The notes under the pieces: generated by a model | Told to the model about the DNA's origin: nothing | The model's database searches: none | Seen by the model: only the letters and a program-made list of their open reading frames with translations | Assembly (NCBI RefSeq): GCF_009914755.1 | Contig: NC_060925.1 | Origin: the human T2T-CHM13v2.0 reference genome, Homo sapiens | Length of the DNA stretch: 64,000 nt | Reading direction: 5' to 3' (one strand) | Shown here: positions 24,801 through 40,110 of the stretch, piece by piece | How the letters are laid out: the number at the start of each line of letters is the position of its first letter | How positions within the stretch are numbered: position 1 is the stretch's first letter | Made by a program: the position numbers and the translations under genes

Positions 24801-27179
24801 AATAGTTTGGAATGACAGATTAAATAGAAAGGCCTTGAACCCTGATGTGCTAAGAGTCCCTTTCGGTCAAGCAATTGTTCTACTGCTTGATTTCTCTATT
24901 TCTTGAAAAAGTAGTCTGTAAAAATTAAGAGGTTAATGGACTTTGATTATTAGGGAGGCAAGTATATCTAATTCACATTGTTTTCAAGTAATATGTACCA
25001 ATAATCTTTTAGGTTACTAGCTTAGCATCCTTGAACAAAGACCATCATCTTTTGAGAGTCATCACCTTCTCAAGACTCAGTGAAAGGTGTCAGATCAAAT
25101 GCAAGGCATGATGGTTAAAATAAAAGGAAAGATGGTTAAATAAAAGGAAACAGGACAGCTCCTGAGCACACAGGCATGATTTACACAGTGCTAGGAAGCA
25201 TCTTTACAAACAAGTAAGCTTCAAGATAGAAAATCAGAAAGTTAATGGACCTAAATTTTCTAAATAGCAAATTATTTCTTAATAAACCCATTTTCTTTGT
25301 TATGGAAGGACATATGTACACTCATCAATACAGATGTTTTATATTTTATAAGATGGCTTCACTGTCAAAAATTAAGAGAAACAAGTCAAGAGTATGGAAA
25401 AGACAGCATTAGAGCTCCCATTTCACAGACATCTGTACTACGTGGATCAGTTTGTTCTAAACCTTAAGGCCTCTCTGAGTGTCCCTTATTTCTTTTCCTT
25501 TTCCTTATCTGAGAAAAATAAAAGACCTTCAAATGTAGTGTCACAAAAAGTTATGTCTTTTCACAAGCCATTTCACTTGGCTCTTTTTGTCTGTCAACAT
25601 TAATAATCAAAGCTACCATTTGTTGAATGCTTTTTTTCAACAGGTACTTTTTACATATATTTGCATATTTAATCTCCTAAATGCCATTATTAGTTCCATT
25701 TAAAGAGAAGGAACCAAAGGCTCAGAAAGGTTAAATAACTTGCCTAGAGTTAGTGAATGCAGAACCAGGACAATTTCAGATCTGTCTGAAAACAACATCC
25801 TCACTTTTGATGGTACAGTATACTATCTCAGTACTCATACACTGGATAACTGCTTGTTGAATGACTACATATGTAAGGCAACTGTGCATGGCACATGATC
25901 ATGTCTGCCCTCATATAATGTTGCCCTTCCCTCCCGGATGCATCCCAATTCAATGTCCTAACACCCCAGAGGGAGATTTTTTCCTTCCAAAGCACAAAAC
26001 TTATTGTTGCATGCAATTTCATTGCAACTGACATTAAAAGAAGACATACTCCAGGTGCCATCCTACAGAGAGTTTTATCATGTCACATACACTTCTTCAG
26101 TCTCTGCCCTTTCGTTTGTGACAGGGAAGAGAAAACGAAACAGAGGTAGAATAAAATTTTTTTCCTTGATAAACATCATATAATCTAGATGGATGTGTGT
26201 AGGGGATTTAATATCATTAATAAATCTCTATACTATGCTACTTAATGTATTTCTTCTTGTTTTTGTTCATTACATAAAAACATTTATTTGATTTTGTACT
26301 GGCTTAATGTTGAATATGACTGTATACTATCAGTGCACAAAACAGGAAGAGTCAATGCTTTAGGTGATAATGACCATGACAGCCATCTCTTAAAAGGGAC
26401 ATAAATCGAGTTGATGATGATGCTGGTAATGGGGAAGAAACATAAATTTTTATGGGGGAGAGAAGGTGGGATTTAAATAAAACCCACAACAGATCCATAA
26501 AAGGAAGTTTTACCTTAATTTCCTTTTGTAATGATAGGTGCTAGCTGTATAATTTAGTTAGAAAAAATATTTTTAAAAAACTAATTAAGAGCTGAGATGG
26601 ACAAAATGAAGATGGACAGGCTTGCAAGGAATGCAGGAGACCAAGGTATTTTCCTTTTGTCTTCTGAACAGCCCTTAGTGACAAGGAAACCAAACTCCCT
26701 CCTTTAATTTTGGCTTCATATTATTCTCAGATGAATCATATTCAATCAGTAGAGCTTTCATTCTAAATTCAAGGAAGGTGCTGACCCATCATGTTAAGTA
26801 ACACTCCATCAATAGCTTTCTTTCTCTCAGTGTGGTTTATAATCAATATAAACTGCTGGGATCTATCTTTTGGGTTTTACATTAAGCTTTGGCAAAATGA
26901 AAAAGGTCTCAGGTGGGGTTGGGGGTGGGGGTGAGGGGCTCACAGCTCTCTGTTAAGCACCAACCTTTGCTTCTGGAAGTCTCTTAATACTATTATTACT
27001 GTTATCACTGTTATCCTCTTTGGCACTAAACGGGTCACTTCAGATGGCTCAGGAAGAACCCAATCCATTTTGGAATGACCATGACTTTTATGTGGCAAAA
27101 GAATAGATGCCCACCAAGATAAACTAGAATTTTCTTCTCTTCTTATTCCCTTATTCCTGTCAGTTTCTTTTTTAAATGA

Positions 27180-28050
27180 TATATTTTTCCTTTTTATTTG
27201 ACATGTAATAATTGTGCATATTTATGGAGTACAGAGTGATACTTTGATACATGTATACAATGTGCAATGATCAAATCAGGGTAATTAGCATATCCAGCTC
27301 CTCAGACATTTATCATTCTTTGGGTTGACAACATTCACGTTCTAGCTATTTGAAAATATACGATACAATATTGTTAACCAGTCACCCCACAGTGCTACAG
27401 GACACTAGAGCTTATTCCTCTTATCTAGTTGTAATTTTGTATCTGTTAACCAACCTCTCCTTTCTCCACCTCCCCTCTACCCTTCTTATCCTCTGTGGCC
27501 ACAATTTTACTCTCTACTTCTATGATCTCAATTTTCTTTTAGCTCCCACATATGAGTGAGAACATGTGGTATTTATCTTTCTGTGCCTGGCTTATTTCAC
27601 TTAATGTAATATCCTCCAGGCTCATCTATGCTGCTGGAATTAACAGGATCTCATTTCTTTTTACGCCTGAGTAGTATTATACTGTATATATATATATCAC
27701 ATTTTCTTTATCCATTCATCTGTTGATGGACACTTAGGTTGGTTCCACATCTTGGCTTTTGTGAGTAGTGCTGCAGTAAGAATGTGGGTGCAGCCATCTC
27801 TACAACACTGATCTCCTTCCCTGTGGATAAGTACCCAGTAGTGGGATTGCTGGATCATAGGATAGTTCTATTTTTAGTTTTTTGAGCAGTCTCCATATTA
27901 TTTTCAATAGTAGCTGTACTAATTTACATTCCTACTAACAGTGGATAAAAGCTCACTTTTCTCAGCATTATTGCCAGTATTTGCTATTTTTTGTCCTTTT
28001 AATAATAGACATCCTAACTGGGGTGAGATGCTATCTCACTGTTTTGATAT
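27180..28050 (-). mobile_element. L1MA 3' end
   Basis: gatacatgtatacaatgtgcaatgatcaaatcaggg...gtacccagtagtgggattgctggatca. Confidence 0.88.
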
Positions 28051-28099
28051 GCATGTGAGTTTCTTTTATAGATGTTTCACTATTAAGGCAAAGATAAAA

Positions 28100-28362
28100 A
28101 ATGTAGGAACAGAAAACCAAATACCACATGTAAGTGGGAGCTAAACATTGAGTACGCATGGACACAAAGAAGGGAACAAAAGATTCTGGAACCTACTTGA
28201 GGTGGAGGGTGGAAGGAGAGAGAAGGTCAAAAAACTATCTATTAGGTATTATTTTATTACCTGTGTGACAAAATAATCTGTACACCAAATCCCCACGACA
28301 CATAATTTTCCTATATAACAAACCTGCACATGTACCCCTGAATCTAAAGTAAAAGTTAAAAA
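28100..28362 (+). mobile_element. L1PA/PB 3' end fragment
   Basis: gtaagtgggagctaaacattgag...aacctgcacatgtacccctgaatctaaa. Confidence 0.85.
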
Positions 28363-30840
28363 AAGAACTCTGCTCTCTTATGCCAACTGAAAACACATTT
28401 TACCATCCTTTTGTAAGTGTTCATGTGATAATACCCAAAACACTAAAAAGTAGTTAAGAGGGCTGACTATAAATCAACGAGTTGAAGCTTTAAAACATGT
28501 CCCTTACATAGAAAAAGAGGCGCAATTTTGAAAAAATGAAAAACTAGGTATAGCTTTCCTCAAACCAAGATAAACATCATATGGGCCACAAGTAGAACAG
28601 AAACAATAGAGAGGCCTGAACCTACAGACCTACTGGGCTCTAGGTTCTGAAACCAGTAGAGGCAGCTTGAGAAAGAAAAACAGGAACGAAAATGATCCTG
28701 CAGGAAGCAAGGAATGAGGCCTAATGTCCCCTGCTAAGACAGCCTCCCGGCATTTGAAAGAAGGCTGAACAAAGTTGTGATGTTCCTGAAGCTATACCTT
28801 ATACACAGACTGTGCCAGTGGTGGTGGACGTGGTGGTGTTAAAGTAGAGACTGCTATGTAGACAAACCTGAGGCCAAGCCACTGGCCACTGCAGTGACTG
28901 AATCTGTGATTTCTCCAACATCCCCATGGGAGGAGAAGCCCAAATTTGATTCTGGATTAGTGGTCACTGTCTAGGCTGAAGGCAAATGTAAAAATGCTAG
29001 AAAAGAAGGTGTGATCACTGAGAAGGAGAAAGAAACATCCCCCATATCAGATTGATTTATAATTTAAAATTCCAAATGCTCAGAACAACAGCTGCAAACA
29101 ATCAGGTAATGAATTCATTCTGGAACAATCAATAGTGCAAACTGAAATTGATTAGAAAATGCACCCGAGATTCTTAAAGAGATACAGAATAGGAGAATAT
29201 ACATAAAACAAAGATTGTGAAACCATAGCAGTGAGGTAAGACTCAAGAATAAGCGGCTATAACCAATTACAAATCTTGGAATTGAAAAATATAGTCATTA
29301 AAATTAAACTGCCAATGTAAATAGATGGAATAAACTTTAGACTTGCCAAAATCAGACAGGATTTGCAAATTGAAACATACTGAAGAGGCAACAGAGAGAG
29401 ATGAAGAGGTGAAAAATATATATGAGAAGTAAAATAAAAACAGACATGTAGGATAGTACAAGAATATATATATATAATATATATATAATATACACTGGTT
29501 GGGGTGTGTGTGTGTGTGTGGGTGTGTGTGTGTGTGTTTTCTTAATGAAGGTAACAGAAAGAATGTCAGAGAAGAAACATTTGAAGAGATAATGGCTGAG
29601 ACATTCCAGAATTTAAGGCTCAAATCCTCTGATATATTAAAGAGAAAATTTAAGAAAATCAAGGATAAAAACATAGTCTTAAGAGCAACTAGTGAGAAAA
29701 GACAAGTTACTTATAAAGGAACAATAATCAGACTAACAGTAAAATTTTTATCACCAACAATTAATGCCAGAGGTCAATCTTCAAAGAGTTGAAAGAAAAG
29801 AGAAAAACCATCAAATAGAATCATATGCTCAGCTAAACTAAGCATCGTAAACTACGGATCTCTAGCATTAGAAAGACATAATTTAGTAGAAAGAAACATA
29901 ACCACAAAAAAGCACAGAAATACAAGAAATAAAACAAGAAAAAAATCAACCAACTATTTTGGTAACTAGTGAGTGATACAGAATAGACTCATAGCCCAAA
30001 AATTCCTCTGCGCTCTGCCTATTTATCCATCCCTCCCACTAATCCCTGGCAACCACTGATCTTTTTACTGTCTCCATAGTTTTGCCTTTTCTAGAACGTC
30101 ATACAATTGGAATCATACATATGTAGCCTCTTCAGGTTGGCTTCTTTCAGTTGGTAATATGCATTTAAGTTTCCTCCATGTTTTTTAGCATTTAAAATCA
30201 AAAGACAATATTTGGAATAATTTTTTACCAATACATTTGCAAACTTTGATAAAATTAAAAATTCTAGAAAAATTTAAATCTGAATAGTCATTATAGAAAA
30301 TGATTCATTAGTTACAATTTCCATACATTTCCATGCATCTCCTAACATCCATAGACACACCACGATCCTGAGACTAAATGGTTTTATCATTAAGCAATAG
30401 ATCCTACTTTATATAATGATTATATAAGATCTTTTCCAAGGATTAAAAAAAGAGGTAAGGATAACTCACATTCTAAGAATGCAGTATTTTTGGTATCAAA
30501 ACCAGAGAAATGCAACATAAAAAAAAGTAAAACAACAAATGCAAAAATATAATATGATAGCAATCATATCAACAGCATACTCAAATAATAGTATATTATA
30601 ATTGGTTGGATTCATCCTAGGAATGTAAAAGTGATTCACAACCAGAGAATCTGTTAGTTTAATTTGTTATATTAACAGATAAGGAAAAAAATCATATAAT
30701 CATCTGGATAGATACAGGAAATGCATTACATTTCAGCACGTGTTAATGATAACAAATAAGAAAGGATTAGAACTTTCTTAATGTGACATAGGCGTTTACC
30801 AAAAACCTATAAGAGATGTTATGCTTAAAATGAAACATTT

Positions 30841-31213
<373 letters not shown>

Positions 31214-32049
31214 TCAGCATTGCATTGAAAAGCCTATCTAATGCAATGAGTCAGGAAAAAGCAGCAAAGAATTAAGGATTGAAAAGGAAGCTTGCAGATA
31301 AAAGTCTACGAACAGAATTAATGAAGAGATGTGTGGCAAAATTGAAAGCTGATACAAGAAAATTCAATAGTGCTCCTATAAATTATTATCTAGTTAGAAA
31401 ATTCAATGCAAAAAGGTACCATTCACCAAAAGGAACTTAGGAGAGATGACAAAGGAAGTGTAAGACCTTTATGAAGAAAATTATAAGCCTTAATTAAAGG
31501 ATATAAAAGAAATCCCAGTAGATATTCATAGTAAAGCTCCAGTGTTTATTTTCTAGGTATGCAAATTTGAGCTACTTATTTATCATCCCTGTGCCTCATT
31601 TTCCACATTGGTAAAATAGACATAATAATAAAATCTACCTAATCAAGTTGTTGAGGATCTTGTAAAATAATACATACAAAAGGACTTAGAACAGTGCCTG
31701 ATACATAACAAGTGTTATTGTTATCGTTAAGCTGTAGCTTTTAAGACAGTAAGGGTAGTGACACTGAGATAGATAAATGGAATATAACAGAAAGCTCAGA
31801 AACCCACCTAGGCACATATTAAGTCTGAAGTATAACAGAGGAAGCAATATCAATGCATGAAAAAAGGAAAGAGTATGCAAGAACTGGTGATAGGACGAAT
31901 GGCTTTCTTCATGAAAAAATAGACTTTACTTGCATTAGATAAAAAAATAAACTTAGCTGGATTAAAGACATGAAAAATAGGAGTCTAAACCTATTCAAAT
32001 AGAAGGACAGGGATTGATTTCCTAAACCATACACAGAAAACAGTTATGG

Positions 32050-32428
<379 letters not shown>

Positions 32429-35400
32429 TCAAAACTAAAAACATCTTTAAAAAATCCAAAACTTCATTACAAAGAAAGGGCTAGTATCCACAATATATAA
32501 CATCTATAAATAAATAATTGATAATAGATAATTGACAGAAGAGGACACCCGAATGAAAATTCTCAATCTCAATAGTAATAAGGGATATACAAATTAAAAC
32601 TACATAAGATATCATTTCATGTTCAGACTGGCAAGAACTTGAGTTGGACCATACTAAGTTTTAGCCACTACATAAATAGATACCTCAAACACTCCTGGAA
32701 GGGCACATTGATATAATCACTTTGGAGAGTAATTTGGCAACATCTAATGAGGTTGAAAATGTACCTATCTGAAGAGTCAACAAATTCCACTCCTAGATAT
32801 ACTCCCTATTTGTATACACCCAAAAACTCTTGCCTATGTACACAAGGAGACAAGTATTCTGTTCACTGCAGCATTGTTATAATAACCCAATTGTCAACAA
32901 GTAGGCAAAGAAATAAACATAATAAATGGTAAATGGAGTATCCACAGCAATTAAAATGAAATAACTAGATTTATAGGCATTAACATGGATAGATGTTGGA
33001 AACGTAATTTTGAGCCTGAAAAATAAGTTGCAGAATGTCACATACAGTGATATGATTTATATACATTTTAGAAGCAACAACATGCCACAATATAGTATTT
33101 ATGAATGCATATAATATATATTATGTAATAAATATAAAAACATGGTTTGGACACACATCAAATTCATGATACGGTTGCCTATGGGCAGAGAGAAAGGACA
33201 TAGGACTGGCAAGGAGAATCTATGGAACTCCATAGACATTAACATTAATATATGATTTCTTTAAGTAAAGGATCTGAGGTAAATAAATGTGGGGAAAGAT
33301 TAACATGTGTTAATTTTTGTATCAAGTATATCTCTTGATTTTTTTCTGTATTAAAATGTTCATATACATAGTGTCTGACCTCCAGAATTAAATACTTCTA
33401 TGGTAGAACAGACAGAAAATAGACTAAAATGTAGAGAAGCTGAGTGATGGCTGACTTTTATCATGCAACCTTGGCCAGTTCTCTTAACCAAGAGAATCTC
33501 GGTTATCTGATCTGCTGAATGAGGACACTGCAAACCTTAAGGGGAGTGGGTATGTGTTGAGAACACAGCACGTGCTAGGCATGAATCACATTAACACAAG
33601 AGTTGAGCTGTGAGCTAAAAACTAAATAGTATATTGTAAATTCATCTTAGGAAACAAAGCTACTATTTTGTAAAACCCATCAGAAACAAAAAGAATATAA
33701 AGAGGCTTAACAACTGTAGTTGCTGTCTGATTCATGCACATTTCTTTCCTTTTTCCTCATCATTTCCCTCCACAGATGTAACAATTTAGAGGGCAGAGCT
33801 AATCTACTCATTGAAGCCTGAGAAACAGCCCATTCTATCTCCTCTTCACACACATTGTGGGGTGGAATAGCTTAATGATGTCATCTGTCAAAAGGCCCTG
33901 GAGTCATATTGTTTGTCTATTAGAAATGTCTGTAGCATGGAATCTTCTAATACAGTCAATTCCCCAAGGAGAAGACAGAGTTCCAGATCTACAGTGAGCC
34001 CCAGTATGCAGGGGTGATGCAGTGTACAAGGCATAGCTGCAGTTTTCTACGGACCAGTTGCTATAAGAAGTTTAAAATGAGCTCTCCGGTAATAGCCACA
34101 ATTTTCACTCTCTCTGAAAATGGATAGAGTCCAGCACTGACAATCTCCCTTGATGTTAAATGCCTGCCAGCCAATTTCTTTCTGTTTGTCTATTTCTTTT
34201 GTTAAAGTAGGGGACACAACTTTGAATTTTAAACTTCTACTAGCTGTAGTAGTGAAGAATTTTTACACACATTTACATACATAACTAAATGCTCTATGTT
34301 ATACTACAAAGGATAAAAAAGAAAGTGAAAAAGTAAATTATGTGTCTTTATTTCAGATATACAATTGAAGGCATTTTGGTTGGCGGAAAAATGGCATTGT
34401 GGAGATAATTTATATATGTACATTTCAACACCCCTCTGCATAAAATGAAGTACATACAGTCATTTTCTGTACTTCAGATATACTCCTTAATTTCTTCTCC
34501 TGCCCTTTTAACAAATCCTACTCCTCTAGGTGTGTCTACCTTAAAGGGTCATTTATGAACATGAAACCGTGCTCCTTTCACCATTTCCAAGTCCATTTTC
34601 ATAAGCACTGCTGGGGTAAAATTAGGCGGTTCATTAGCGCAGAGGAAAAGAGAAGGAATCTGAAAGTCAGACCACTGGGGCCAGAACCAGGCCTTCCACT
34701 TACAAGTTGTGGCAATTAACTTAACCTATTTCTACCTAGTTAAAATGGGAATAATAACAGTATTTTCTCACAGAATTGTAGAAAATGAAATACTGTATAA
34801 AAAGTGGCAAATAGAATGAAATAGATGTTAGTCAGAATTAACTTAGTGTCACCATATTGCCATCATTATAATTGTTAAGCCAGCTGCTACGTGCTGGAAA
34901 GTCAGTGCAGAGACTACTGTCATTTAAAGGAGACAGACACATCAACAAATACATACAGAAAGGGGGTCCCTATTTAAATGAGGAAATAACCCAGTGGCTG
35001 AGGGTCTGAAGGAGCTTTGAAAGCCCAATAATTCTCCCTTGCTGCCATATCACTGTGTATGGCTGTGGCAAGTGATGAAGAAAAATAAATGTTTTAAAAG
35101 AACCATGCTTGGATGAGGCATCTGAATTCCTGTTTCCTGGATCCAGGAATTCTAAGTATCTCATTACAATGGCCTTTCTCTGCAGATCACGGAGGCAGAA
35201 GGCCACTACAAAGATGTCTTGGTGCCATCTGAGTCCCAAGGTGTCACTGACATCTGGACCCAAGGTTTGAGCTAAAGGTAGCCAAGGCTGAATTAGAGCC
35301 AAGAGCAAAAAGAAAATGATTCCAGATGCTTCCAAACAAGTGCCGAGCAAGGCACTTCCTCTGCCTAGCAAGGGGCACCCATTAAAAGGAGGCATCTGTC

Positions 35401-36451
35401 CTCCAGCCCAGTGCTGAGGTCCCTAGGGCCCTGGGGCACTGCTGCATCCTCACCCTTATTTCCGCTGCTCATAGGGAGGGGAAAGTCTCTCTTCCTGATA
35501 GAGCTCCCTGCATACAAGCAGAGCACGCATTCTCCTGCCAACAGGGCCTTTCCATTCTCCGTTCCCACATTCTGAGATTTTTTTTTTTTTTTTTTTTTAC
35601 TCCTTCAAACCAGAGGTGCCTTATTTGATTGTTCCAAAGAAGTCAGCCTGCTGGGAACTGTTGGTGGAGGCTGATATTCCAGGCGCAGGCATTCCAAAGC
35701 AAAGGAGAGTCTACTGTTCCAGGTCACAGAACATTCTTCCTTGTACTAATCAACTTTTTTTACACTGAAAATAAATTAAGTTTTAATAGAATATAAAAAA
35801 TATAATCTTCACTGTTTCTTCATTCCATACTATATGAAGAGGTCCCAGGTGTTTTTAAAAATCATTTTTTTGTATAGTATTTGTTTCTGAGGAATTCCAA
35901 ATTGCTCTAAGTGTCATTTATCTTCCAATATCACTATGGAGGTAGGCTTCGGCTTCCCATCTCCTGACCCCTCTGGCTGATAACAAACAGCTGTTTCTTG
36001 CGAAGGGTAAATCTAATCACAGTGGTGCTGTGCTGTGTGGCCGCACATGAGGCTGAGTGTGACAGATGGCTGACAGTGAGTGCCACATCTGGGAAGGGCT
36101 GACATTCACCCTATGGCCAAAAGAGGACAGAGAATGGCCCCTCCTGTCACAGCATCCAACAAGAAAGAAGAACTTCCAGCACCTGAATTTGTAATAGGCT
36201 TGGGGAATAAACTATTAATTGAAGCTCTCTCCTAATGCTTAGTAATTCCTGTAAGAATGCATTTGAAGGTTTGGTACTGTACATCAAGTTGAAATTTTTC
36301 AGTTTCCTTCCACTGTAGTTAATTTCAAATTAGCATAGTTCAATTTTTATAACGTTAATACATATCATATTTACTAGGACATCCAACAAAAATCTCGGCT
36401 GAAATAAGCGTTTAATTTTCCCCTATGAGAACTACCTGAAGTTGAAACCAC

Positions 36452-36538
36452 TTTTCTTTTCTTCTTTTGTTTTTTTTTGAGATGGAGTTTCGCTCTGTCA
36501 CCCAGGCTGGAGTGCAGTGGTATGATCTCGGCTCACTG
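36452..36538 (-). mobile_element. Truncated Alu (3' part)
   Basis: poly-T gagatggagtttcgctctgtcacccaggctgg...gctcactg. Confidence 0.85.
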
Positions 36539-37019
36539 GACAGAGATTGACTCTTCCTCTCCCAGCATCAACTCGGTACTGAACCAGGAAGCAACACTTC
36601 CTAAGCAGTACCCTGTGCTTTCTACCAAACACATCAATTAACTAATTGGATAAAGACTAGTAAAAATGTCTTTTCTATAGGATTTTTCTTTAAACATTAT
36701 GAAACAATATTCTTTACATGAGATCCACACAGTGCTAGAGCACGATTGGAGTTGTGTGAAAACCTCTATTAAAAAGACCAGTGACCATATGTGAATGTGG
36801 CTGCCTTCATAATGAGTAAAGATAAATGATAATAAAAATAAATAATGACGATAAATGGCTGCTAACTGGGACCAATGTCTCTGGTGAGCTGTCACAAGTC
36901 AGCAGAAAATGCCATTCCTTAAATTTTATGAAATTAATAATACTTGATTATTCAGAAATATCTGACAAATGCTGAAACTAAATGTTAGTTCTCATCCAAA
37001 TGCAATAATTTGACGATAG

Positions 37020-38087
<1,068 letters not shown>

Positions 38088-38199
38088 AGAAATTCCTAAA
38101 CTCTACAAAACCCCCACCATTTCATGTCTGTTCTTGTGCAAAAATAAAATAAAAATTAGCTTATAGAAGACTAGCAGGTCTAAATGTCATTATTAAATA

Positions 38200-39319
38200 C
38201 AGTTGACCCTTGAACAACATGAGTTTGAACGGCATCAGTCCACTTTTATGTGGATTTTCTTCCACCTCTGCCACCGATGGGACAGTAAGATCAACCCCTT
38301 CTCTCCCTCCTCCTCCTCAGCCTACTTAATGTGAAGATGATGAGGATGAAGATCTTTATGATGATTACCTGCACTTAATAACTAAGTATGTTTTTGCTTC
38401 CTTATGATTTTCTTAATAACATTTCTTTTCTCTAGCTTACTTTACTGTAAGATACAGTATGTGATACATATAACATAGAAAATATGCGTTAATCGACGGT
38501 TATTGGAAAGGCTTCTGGTCAACAGTAAGCTGTTAGCAGATAAGTTTTTGAGAGGTCAAAAGTTGTATGTTTCTTTTGCTGTGCTGAAGCTCTTTAGTTT
38601 AATTAGGACCCATTTGTCAATTTTTGTTTTTGTTGTAATTTCTTTTAGAATCTTTGTCATAAAATCTTTGCTAGGGTCCATGTGCAGAATGGTATTTTCT
38701 AGGTTATCTTCCAGGATTTTTATAGTTTTAGGTTTTACATGTAAGTCTTTCATCCATCTTATTTTTGCATATGGTGTGAGGAAGGGGTCTAGTTTCAATC
38801 TCCTGCATATGACTAGCCAGTTATGCAAATGCCATTTATTGACTAGAGAATCTTTTCCCCATTGCTTTTGTCAACTTTGTCAAAGATAAGACGGTTGTAA
38901 GCTGTGTGGCATTATTTCTGGGCTCTCTATTCTGTTGCATTGGTCTATGTGTCTGGAATGAAATCATGTCCTTTGCAGCAACATGGATGGAGCTGGAGGC
39001 CATTATCCTAAGCAAATTAACACAGGAACAGAAAACCAAATGTCACACAAAGAAGGGAACAAGAGACACTGGGGCCTACTTGAGGGTGAAGGATGGGAGG
39101 AAGAGAGAATATAAAAACTACCTATCGGATACTATGCTTATTACCTGTGTGATAAAATAATCTGCACACCAAACCTGTGACATACAATTTACCTGTGTAA
39201 CAAACCTGCACATGTACCTCATGAAACTAAAATAAAAGTTTAAAAAAAAGTTATATGTGAATTTTCAACTGCATGGGGGTTTGGTGTCCCTAATCCTCAC
39301 ATTGTTCAAGGGTCAACTG
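38200..39319. mobile_element. Tigger2a/MER28-like element split by an L1 insertion
   Basis: TIRs cagttgacccttgaacaa / ttgttcaagggtcaactg, TA target duplication. Confidence 0.88.
38571..39245 (+). mobile_element. L1PA/PB with 5' inversion (twin priming)
   Basis: Antisense ORF2 piece ([13 protein letters not shown]..., about 38571-38955) then sense 3' end; TSD aaaagtt(g/a)tatgt at 38558-38570 and 39246-39258. Confidence 0.88.
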
Positions 39320-39957
39320 TACATAGAAATGAGACAAATCCATTTCTAAAACCATTTTACATCTATTTTGTATCTGTCTTTGCTGTTCACTTTAATTTCT
39401 GTTTTTGGTGAATACTCTCCTGTATTTCAGACATCCTCACAAACTACCTTAAAATATTGCTAGAAGGAAGAGAGGAAAAAAAATAGAATAAACACACCAA
39501 CATATGTATAGCCAAAAGGACTCAAATTAAAGGGAGCACTTCTAGTTAAAGAGACATCTAAAAAGTGTTTTTTTGAGGGCTGGGGCTGGGCTTAGGTACA
39601 GTTCAGTAGGGGAGCTTGTTGACCTCCGAAGCATCTTCCTGAACTGGGATTCTATTGACTGTACTTGCCTGTTTACCAAAAGACATGCACACTGTGTTTC
39701 TTAATCAACAAAAAGTATTATAATAGGCATCCCTTGAGCTAAGGCATACCTTAATCAACAAAATTATTAATTGATGCATACATTATTATGTTAATTTATT
39801 ATAATAAAGAAGAATTGGGGATGGGAATGACGTGGTTTAATACAACAACATAACCATGCAAATCTCTGCTTCTGGTGATCATTTTCAAAGACATGTTGCA
39901 AAAATAGGGCCATTGCCTATAAGCCAAAGCTGTGTTTCATCATGTCCCATGACTTAC

Positions 39958-40110
39958 CATGTGTGCCTGGAAAAATGCGGGAATGAAGGACTGGTTGCAT
40001 AGGTTGAGAATCCTGGAAGAGTCTTTTAGGACGTAGATATTCCCGAAGTCCACTTGATTGGGATGGACGTAGATAACTGGGCCTTCTCCAGCGCTCTTTA
40101 AGTGACATAC
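39958..40110 (-). CDS. HYDIN: HYDIN/HYDIN2 exon 18 equivalent, VCHLKSAGEGPVIYVHPNQVDFGNIYVLKDSSRILNLCNQSFIPAFFQAHM
   Basis: 153 nt within ORF 39940-40137(-); acceptor ...actcag, donor ATG|gtaagt. Confidence 0.96.

Noticed and set aside
25110-25150. About 21-bp tandem duplication (similar ones near 41035, 55030, 59855, 60355)
   Set aside because: Ordinary slippage duplications.
26911-26938. G-run tract able to form a G-quadruplex (also the C-rich tract near 19960)
   Set aside because: Common low-complexity sequence with no functional context.
26968-26985. CFWK motif suggestive of urotensin/somatostatin
   Set aside because: No closing YC/TSC and no upstream dibasic site.
34970-35395. 141-aa minus-strand ORF with a hydrophobic stretch
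   Set aside because: No recognisable homology or convincing exon structure; a length compatible with chance.
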